Shown piece after piece: positions 57,899 to 64,000 of a stretch of DNA of 64,000 bases. The notes below the pieces were generated by a model. It saw only the letters and a program-made list of their open reading frames with translations. It ran no database searches and had not been told where the DNA came from. Origin of the DNA: a virus (lineage: Duplodnaviria > Heunggongvirae > Uroviricota > Caudoviricetes); IMG/VR virus record IMGVR_UViG_3300031993_000021; one strand, given 5' to 3'. Each line of letters opens with the position of its first letter. Positions within the stretch are counted from its first letter, which is position 1. Made by a program: the position numbers and the translations under genes.

Positions 57899-58723
57899 AT
57901 GGGTGATGTAAAGTGGATTTCGATTTCTACAGATATTTTCAATAACGAAAAAATGTGCGCTATCGAAAGCCTTCCTGATGGACATACTATTGAGCTTGTT
58001 TGGCTAAAACTTCTTTGTTTAGCAGGAACTTGTAATGAAAGTGGATTTTTGATGGTTAATAAAGATATTCCATACACAGAAGAAATGATGGCGAAATATT
58101 TCCGTATGGATGTTGGAATCATACAAAGAGCATTAGAAACGTTTGAAAACTTACGCATGATTGAGATAGTTGACAACATTTATATGGTGTCAAATTGGTC
58201 AAAATATCAAAATATTTCTGAACTTGAACATATAAAAACACTCAATAAAATACGTCAACAGCGGTATAGAGACAAGAAAAAGCTTGAACTAAAAGAGAGT
58301 AACGTAACGAATGACGTAACGACAGACGTTACTAATAACGAATTTTGCTCTATATGTAATATGTATTATTTAGATGTTTATAAAGAGATTATTAATTACT
58401 TAAATATAAAAACTAATAAAGATTATAGATATACAACTAAGAAGTATCAGAGATTAATTCATGCTAGATGTGAGGAAAACTATAGCATTGATGATTTTAA
58501 GAAGGTAATCGATGTTAAGACGGATCAATGGCTTAAGGACGATAAGATGAATAGATACCTTAAACCAGAAACTCTTTTTGCGGCATCGCACTTTGATAGT
58601 TACTTAAATGAATATGTTGAACCACCTAAATCAAAATATGCTGATGCTCTTGAACGAATGAACAAGCACATGGAAGAGAGAACGAAGGAAATCGGGGATG
58701 TAGATGTGGGGGACTTTTACTAA
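57899..58723 (+). CDS. phage replisome organizer / DnaD-like replication initiation protein
   Basis: N-terminal WISISTDIFNNEKM ... LVWLKLLCLAG ... GFLMVN matches the phage replisome-organizer N-terminal family; C-terminal DnaD-like region. Confidence 0.55.
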   Translation: MGDVKWISISTDIFNNEKMCAIESLPDGHTIELVWLKLLCLAGTCNESGFLMVNKDIPYTEEMMAKYFRMDVGIIQRALETFENLRMIEIVDNIYMVSNWSKYQNISELEHIKTLNKIRQQRYRDKKKLELKESNVTNDVTTDVTNNEFCSICNMYYLDVYKEIINYLNIKTNKDYRYTTKKYQRLIHARCEENYSIDDFKKVIDVKTDQWLKDDKMNRYLKPETLFAASHFDSYLNEYVEPPKSKYADALERMNKHMEERTKEIGDVDVGDFY

Positions 58724-59403
58724 TGGGATGTGAAAAGTGTGGAGGAAGAGGCTGGATACTCTACAAGAAAGATGGGATTGATTTTGCTAAACCTTGTGAG
58801 TGTCAGGAAGTAATGAAAGCCAAGAGCAGACTTGATGCTAGTGGTATTTCAGAAGAATTTCACAAAAAGGGGTTTAAGAACTTTAATGACAGGGAAAAAG
58901 AAGTTCTAAGGAACGCCAGGAAGAAAGCAATTGAATACTGCAAGAACTACCCTGAGATAAGTAAGACGAATCATAACTCAATCATATTTATGGGACAGGT
59001 CGGAAGTGGCAAGACACACTTATCAATGGCTATCTGTAACAATCTCATGGATTATCACAAGGTCGGCGTGATATACATGCCCTACAGGGATGAGATAACC
59101 AAGATAAAGCAAACGATAAAGGATGAGATCAATTACCAAAACGCGCTGAATAGATTTAAGACTTGCCCGGCGCTTATGATTGATGACCTGCTTAAAGGAA
59201 AGAATACAGAGGCGGATGTGAATATCCTGTTTGAGATTATAAATTACCGGTATCTAAACATGTTGCCGATAATCGTAAGCACAGAAAGGACCAAGGATGA
59301 GCTGCTTGATTTTGACGAAGGCGTTATGTCAAGGGTTCTTGAGATGACAAAGGATTATCAGATAGAAATCATAGGCGAGGAATACAATTATAGGCTTTTG
59401 TAG
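58723..59403 (+). CDS. dnaC: DnaC/IstB-like helicase loader ATPase with N-terminal zinc finger
   Basis: CEKCGGRGW ... CEC; Walker A GQVGSGKTHL; Walker B LMIDDL. Confidence 0.65.
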   Translation: MGCEKCGGRGWILYKKDGIDFAKPCECQEVMKAKSRLDASGISEEFHKKGFKNFNDREKEVLRNARKKAIEYCKNYPEISKTNHNSIIFMGQVGSGKTHLSMAICNNLMDYHKVGVIYMPYRDEITKIKQTIKDEINYQNALNRFKTCPALMIDDLLKGKNTEADVNILFEIINYRYLNMLPIIVSTERTKDELLDFDEGVMSRVLEMTKDYQIEIIGEEYNYRLL

Positions 59404-59411
59404 GAGGAGCG

Positions 59412-59702
59412 ATGGCTAAGTGTATTTATCCAAGATGTTACTCATGTACGCTTGAATACTGCGTAAAAGATACGAAGGCACCAAAGAAAGAGCGTAAGCA
59501 GAAAGACAGGACAGCATATCAGCAAAAGTATTACCAGAAAAACAAAGACAAAGCCAAGGAACGATACAACGCTCAGACGCAATATGTCAGATGGGTTGAT
59601 GTAAAGAAGGCTATAAACGCAATAAAGAAAGATATCGGGATAGTCAATTATGAAATTATTATGGGGGAGGTAGAGAAATTGGAAAGGGTTAAGTATTCAT
59701 AG
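59412..59702 (+). CDS. hypothetical basic protein
   Basis: ORF with GGAGGAG RBS. Confidence 0.3.
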   Translation: MAKCIYPRCYSCTLEYCVKDTKAPKKERKQKDRTAYQQKYYQKNKDKAKERYNAQTQYVRWVDVKKAINAIKKDIGIVNYEIIMGEVEKLERVKYS

Positions 59703-59720
59703 CAGGAAAGGAGAATCTTA

Positions 59721-60005
59721 ATGTTTAATGTTTCTTTAAACGAGCAGGAGACAACTATCCATTTCATGAGAACTGAAGGATATGCAACTATCTACACAAC
59801 AGACCGCACTTCAATGACAAAACTTGATAGACTTTGCAGAAAATCTCCTGATTATTACCAGCTGATCCGTGAAAATACCATAAACGGTGAAGTATGCGGG
59901 AAAACATACCGGCTTATGGATAAGAGATTTGTTTCTCTAAGGAGCAAGAAAAAGAGCTTATCTGAAAATCAAAGGAAAGCATTTGCTGAGAGAAATAAAA
60001 ATTAG
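59721..60005 (+). CDS. hypothetical protein
   Basis: AAGGAGAAT RBS. Confidence 0.3.
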   Translation: MFNVSLNEQETTIHFMRTEGYATIYTTDRTSMTKLDRLCRKSPDYYQLIRENTINGEVCGKTYRLMDKRFVSLRSKKKSLSENQRKAFAERNKN

Positions 60006-60141
60006 CGTGATTTTTCTCGAATGGAACAGCGAATTCTAAAATTAAATTGCTTTATTGGATAAATGTTCAAGCGTGACACCTTATGGTTGTAAATTGACGT
60101 TTATCTGGAAGAAAAACGATTTTTTTATGAAAGGGAGAATC

Positions 60142-60303
60142 ATGAAGGCGGAAAAGCGAAAGGTATGTGGTACATGCAAGTTTAGTAAATCAGAAGTTCC
60201 TTTTGGAGAGTTTTACTGCGACAACGAAGAATCTGATTGCTATCAATGTGAGTGTATGTATGACGACTACTGCATTGATTATGAGGGGGAAGAAGAAAGA
60301 TGA
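60142..60303 (+). CDS. small Cys-rich protein
   Basis: AAAGGGAG RBS; CGTCKF ... CDNEESDCYQCEC. Confidence 0.3.
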   Translation: MKAEKRKVCGTCKFSKSEVPFGEFYCDNEESDCYQCECMYDDYCIDYEGEEER

Positions 60304-60379
60304 ATGATTATGAACAACTTAGTTTTATAGATACAAGTTGTCCAAAAATGCCAGAAAAATTTAAAGGGCAAGATAAAAA

Positions 60380-61234
60380 GTGGGGGGTATAACAAAGAAT
60401 GTACCTAGAGAGTGGACGGAACAAGAAATTGAATGGTGTTTAAAGCTTAAACAGGACGGATTTACCATATCGGATATTGCACAAAGTATCGATAGAGACG
60501 TGACAAGTGTATCAATAAAGTTAAAGAGACTTACAAAGAAAAATGATACCTATAATGCAGAACATTTATTACAAAAATATCAAATGAATGATGAGTTTTA
60601 TGAAAAGATAAAACCAAGTTGTGTATTAGATGTTTATTGTGGTGTAAAGCAATATTGGCGGAATAAATGTAAATGTGTTGATAATGATAAAAATACGAAA
60701 ATAGAATCCGATTATCATATGGACGCATTAAAATTTGTCTGTCAAGAATATTTAAGAGGAAATAAATACGATATTGTTGATCTTGATCCATATGGAAGCG
60801 CATATGACCTATTTGATTTAGCAATTAAGATGGCTAAGAAAGGGCTAGTAATAACATATGGTGAGCTTGGACATAAAAGATGGAAAAGACTTGATTATGT
60901 TAGAAATGTCTATGGAATAGATAGAATAGAAGATTTTACACTTGAAACTTTGATTTTAAAAACTCAGGAAATTGCAAGGCATAATCATAAAGAATTAATT
61001 ATATGGAAAAAGGGGACTTGGCGGAATATTGCAAGAGTTTATTTCTTCATTAAACCTTACAAGACAACTGAGCAATGGGAAGGGAATGCCATAAAAGATT
61101 TTCCAGAAGATATAAATGATTATTTTATAGAGAATACGGTTATTGATGATGGAGGTCAATATTTAGTTCCGCTTGATGCTGTAAGAGAAGGGCTAGAGCA
61201 TTATTATTATCAGGATTTAATGGAAGATAAATGA
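60380..61234 (+). CDS. hypothetical protein with N-terminal HTH
   Basis: GFTISDIAQSIDRDVTSVSIKLKRL HTH; the downstream DLDPYGS motif is noted but not diagnostic. Confidence 0.35.
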   Translation: MGGITKNVPREWTEQEIEWCLKLKQDGFTISDIAQSIDRDVTSVSIKLKRLTKKNDTYNAEHLLQKYQMNDEFYEKIKPSCVLDVYCGVKQYWRNKCKCVDNDKNTKIESDYHMDALKFVCQEYLRGNKYDIVDLDPYGSAYDLFDLAIKMAKKGLVITYGELGHKRWKRLDYVRNVYGIDRIEDFTLETLILKTQEIARHNHKELIIWKKGTWRNIARVYFFIKPYKTTEQWEGNAIKDFPEDINDYFIENTVIDDGGQYLVPLDAVREGLEHYYYQDLMEDK

Positions 61235-61299
61235 AGTATGAAGGCGAAGAAGAAAAACTATAACAAAATATATCTTTGTTTTCATTGTAAAGGAGAGAT

Positions 61300-61620
61300 A
61301 TGCGGAAAATAAATATACTTGGCACACAATATGAAGTAATTAAACAGACGGAAAAAGAGAACCCAAAACTAAAAGATGCAAATGGATTATGCGAACCATA
61401 TACAAGGCAGATTATACATACAGAACTTAAACCAGGCATAGATGTCTTTGACAATATTGAAGCATTCAATAGAAAGACGCTTAGGCATGAAATTATCCAT
61501 GCATTCTTTGTTGAGAGTGGATTAACTGAATATACAGAAGATGAAGTATTGGTTGAGTGGATAGCAGTGCAATTTCCAAAAATTTCTCAGGCTATGAAGG
61601 ATTTGGAGGTAGAAAAATGA
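61300..61620 (+). CDS. hypothetical protein
   Basis: ORF. Confidence 0.3.
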   Translation: MRKINILGTQYEVIKQTEKENPKLKDANGLCEPYTRQIIHTELKPGIDVFDNIEAFNRKTLRHEIIHAFFVESGLTEYTEDEVLVEWIAVQFPKISQAMKDLEVEK

Positions 61621-61844
61621 CGCGAGAAGAAGCGGCAGAAATAATTCTTAATACAGCTTTTTTTGGAAAATCACAAGAAAATATAGATGATGCAATTGAT
61701 ATTGCGGCTAGATGTACTAAAGCTTGGGATGTTTTTCTAGAAAAACTTCCTCAAATGGCTAATTATGAAAGTGATGATGGGCAGGAATTAGTGATGTTAT
61801 ATGATGTCATGCAATTAATTAAAGACGTTTTAGAGGGGGAATGA
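61617..61844 (+). CDS. small MTREEA-family protein (paralog of 62988..63368)
   Basis: ATG at 61617 overlapping the upstream stop; shares the MTREEA N-terminus with the 62988 ORF. Confidence 0.35.
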   Translation: MTREEAAEIILNTAFFGKSQENIDDAIDIAARCTKAWDVFLEKLPQMANYESDDGQELVMLYDVMQLIKDVLEGE

Positions 61845-61847
61845 CAT

Positions 61848-62099
61848 ATGAATCATATAGAAGCTAGTTACGAAAAACAGACTGGTCATTGGATGCTTAA
61901 GCAAAGGGATAAGTGTATTGATGTATGTTGCTCTGTTTGTGGGTATGCAAGGGTTGAAGAATATGCCTATAACTATACGACAGACCAATTAGATAAGCAG
62001 GATATTCAAAAGTTTTATAAAGAAAGCAATATGAATTTTTGCGAAAACTGTGGCGCAAAGATGGAAATAGACAAACTAAAGGAGGATAAAAATGAATAA
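61848..62099 (+). CDS. small zinc-ribbon protein
   Basis: CCSVCGYARVE ... CENCGAKMEID. Confidence 0.35.
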   Translation: MNHIEASYEKQTGHWMLKQRDKCIDVCCSVCGYARVEEYAYNYTTDQLDKQDIQKFYKESNMNFCENCGAKMEIDKLKEDKNE

Positions 62100-62266
62100 A
62101 GACCAAAAAACTGCAATTAAAGCTATGTTATATGCTTTTGATAAATATGGAGCCAAAGATTATGCAGTTCAACCTATATACCTAATATTAAAAATGATCC
62201 TGAATATACGATGAGTTTTGGTGAAGCTTACAACATATGTCAGGACATGATAAGCGAGGTGGAGGA

Positions 62267-62809
62267 ATGACAAAAGAAGAACGATTAGAATGGCTAAAAT
62301 GTATTGAAAAAGACATATATGTTAGTTCTTTAGAATCAACTTTCGCAGATGATTCCAAGAGCTGTGCAATACATTCAATCATAGAGGAATTAGAGCAAGA
62401 GCCAACTACTAAGAATGATTTAGGAGTTGATTGTATATCAAGAGAAGATGCGCTTATGTGTCTGACAGGAATGTTTGAAAACAGGGAATATGAGCCATCG
62501 GAACTTATAAAGATATTTGCAAGAAGAATTAAAACATTGCCCTCAGTAACACCACAAGAGCCTCAAGACTTTAAGTGGTGTACAGATTGTAGAGAGCACG
62601 ACCAAGAAAAGCATTGTTGCCACAGATGGAGCAAAGTCATTAGAGATACTATTGAGGAAATGAAGCAAGAGCTAAGAAAAGGTTATTTATCCATTGATGA
62701 TGTAATGTCAGTATTTGATGATTTTATGTGTGGTGAAGTGGATGAAGATGGCACAGAAACATTTTTGAAAATGCTAAAAGACAAGGCAGAAAGTGAGGAT
62801 AAGAAATGA
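62267..62809 (+). CDS. hypothetical protein with Cys/His cluster
   Basis: GGAGGAATG RBS; CTDCREHDQEKHCCHRW. Confidence 0.3.
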   Translation: MTKEERLEWLKCIEKDIYVSSLESTFADDSKSCAIHSIIEELEQEPTTKNDLGVDCISREDALMCLTGMFENREYEPSELIKIFARRIKTLPSVTPQEPQDFKWCTDCREHDQEKHCCHRWSKVIRDTIEEMKQELRKGYLSIDDVMSVFDDFMCGEVDEDGTETFLKMLKDKAESEDKK

Positions 62810-62991
62810 CGAGAGTTGAAGAAAATAAAATGGCAATTGGGGTAATGGTGGAAAAAGCAGAATGTAAGCCAACAGGAACGTATGAGGAAATGATGACATT
62901 TCAGCTTGGCACGATTGCTACTATGCTTGCAGATATATCCAAAAGCCTTGCGGTAATTGCTGACAAGGCAGAAAGCGAGGATAAGGAATGA
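62806..62991 (+). CDS. hypothetical small protein
   Basis: Overlapping start; C-terminal DKAESEDKE repeats the preceding gene's C-terminus. Confidence 0.3.
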   Translation: MTRVEENKMAIGVMVEKAECKPTGTYEEMMTFQLGTIATMLADISKSLAVIADKAESEDKE

Positions 62992-63368
62992 CAAGAGAAG
63001 AAGCAAAAAAAATAATTGAAAATCGTTTCGACATTATGGATTATTGCGAAAGCAGTGCATTAGGTGAAGCTCTTGATATTGCAATCCAAGAATTAGAACA
63101 AGAACCTTGCGAGGATGTGGATGAAGCATTGCGGATATTAGATGCAATCAACACAAGCGGTAGATTAGATTATGGAGATTACTGTGAATTATTTGATGCA
63201 ATTTCAGCAATTCAGCCAAAGCAAAAGATCGGGCGATGGGAAAGATATATTGTTGATAGTGGCTTTAACGCAAATTGGAAATGTTCAATATGCGGGTGTA
63301 ATGTCTTTTCAGATTATGTGAGTTATAGATTTTGTCCGAGTTGCGGAGCAAAGATGTGGATAAAGTAA
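62988..63368 (+). CDS. small MTREEA-family zinc-ribbon protein
   Basis: MTREEAKKIIEN ...; C-terminal CSICGC ... CPSCGAKMW. Confidence 0.35.
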   Translation: MTREEAKKIIENRFDIMDYCESSALGEALDIAIQELEQEPCEDVDEALRILDAINTSGRLDYGDYCELFDAISAIQPKQKIGRWERYIVDSGFNANWKCSICGCNVFSDYVSYRFCPSCGAKMWIK

Positions 63369-63586
63369 TGACAAAGGATGAAGCCCGGAGACAACTTACT
63401 TGTTGGACAAATCCTATGATGCAACATCAAGCACTTGGCATAGCAATACAAACATTAAAAGACATGGCAACTATTGAAAAAGTAATTGTAAATTATCGTG
63501 ATGGACTCATAGGAGAAGATATAGCATTGCAGTTAATAGGGGAGGTTATAGATGAAGGAAACAAGGCTAACGCCACAGATGAATAG
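63368..63586 (+). CDS. hypothetical small protein
   Basis: ATG overlapping the upstream stop (TAATG). Confidence 0.3.
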   Translation: MTKDEARRQLTCWTNPMMQHQALGIAIQTLKDMATIEKVIVNYRDGLIGEDIALQLIGEVIDEGNKANATDE

Positions 63587-63950
63587 GAATGAGCTTATTG
63601 AAAATCTTAAAACAATGGTTTTTGGGGAACAGGCTTTTGAAAGATTTAATGCTAAAGAAAGAGAAACACTTGATGTAGCTATAAAAACTCTCGAAGAGAC
63701 ATATGCTATAGAGACTTGTAATCTTGATCTTGCATCTGAGAATGAAATTTTATTAGAGCAGATTGAAAAGCTTAAATCGCCAAGAGAAGTAATATATGAA
63801 GGCGATGGATATGCTGATGGTGAAATGGTATACGATATGGCAAGATGTCCAAACTGTGATTTTTGTTATGAAGAAAGCGATACTATATGGGGATTACCAT
63901 ATTGTCCGAACTGTGGGCAGGCTTTGAAGTGGGATGAGGTGGAAGAATGA
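63552..63950 (+). CDS. small zinc-ribbon protein
   Basis: CPNCDFCYEE ... CPNCGQALKW. Confidence 0.35.
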   Translation: MKETRLTPQMNRNELIENLKTMVFGEQAFERFNAKERETLDVAIKTLEETYAIETCNLDLASENEILLEQIEKLKSPREVIYEGDGYADGEMVYDMARCPNCDFCYEESDTIWGLPYCPNCGQALKWDEVEE

Positions 63951-64000
63951 GTTTAGTTAAAATAGATGGAATGTACATTAATCCTGATAAAGTATACAGG

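Noticed and set aside
60380-61234. DNA methyltransferase call based on DLDPYGS (DPPY-like) motif
   Set aside because: The motif lacks the second Pro, and no SAM-binding FxGxG motif is evident. Left as an HTH hypothetical.

Overview
Low-GC (about 38%) Firmicutes/Clostridia-type DNA. Most of the window (about 4.8 to 64 kb, plus strand) is a temperate siphovirus genome in packaged or circular gene order. The modules run, in order: candidate TerS; a cargo block with two RHH proteins, a SprT-like metallopeptidase, an SPFH/band-7 protein and DUF3310; TerL; an opposite-strand GNAT moron; portal; SPP1-gp7-like head morphogenesis; an inserted block of three tail-fiber genes and a tyrosine recombinase; scaffold; major capsid with Ig-like domain; head-tail connectors; major tail protein; tail assembly chaperones; a 1665-aa tape measure; distal tail and fibre proteins; holin plus CHAP/CW_7 endolysin; morons including an Rpn-family nuclease and a low-complexity Gly/Cys/Q/N-rich protein cluster; a large serine recombinase (the likely integrase); a cI/cro switch with palindromic operators; Rha antirepressor; a SleB-like hydrolase; RecT plus PD-(D/E)xK exonuclease; RusA; a split PAPS-reductase/DUF3440 gene; tRNA-like repeats; DnaD-like organizer and DnaC-like loader; and many small late or early genes, several with zinc ribbons. 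The first 4.7 kb is a separate, mostly minus-strand module: a HicB-like antitoxin, an FtsK/SpoIIIE ATPase, an XRE regulator and a 603-aa modular protein. The standout feature is a shufflon-like invertible tail-fiber C-terminus. A start-less, inverted alternative C-terminal cassette sits directly downstream of the third fiber gene. It is flanked by 16-nt inverted repeats that are in frame on both sides, and it lies next to a tyrosine recombinase that is distinct from the serine integrase. Other notable signals are a 13x CAGAA pentanucleotide tract that frameshift-splits the PAPS-reductase-like gene (candidate phase variation), a likely -1 programmed frameshift (GGGG UAA) that extends the major tail protein with HeH-like repeats, the canonical chaperone frameshift, and a roughly 400-nt noncoding block of three tRNA-like modules.
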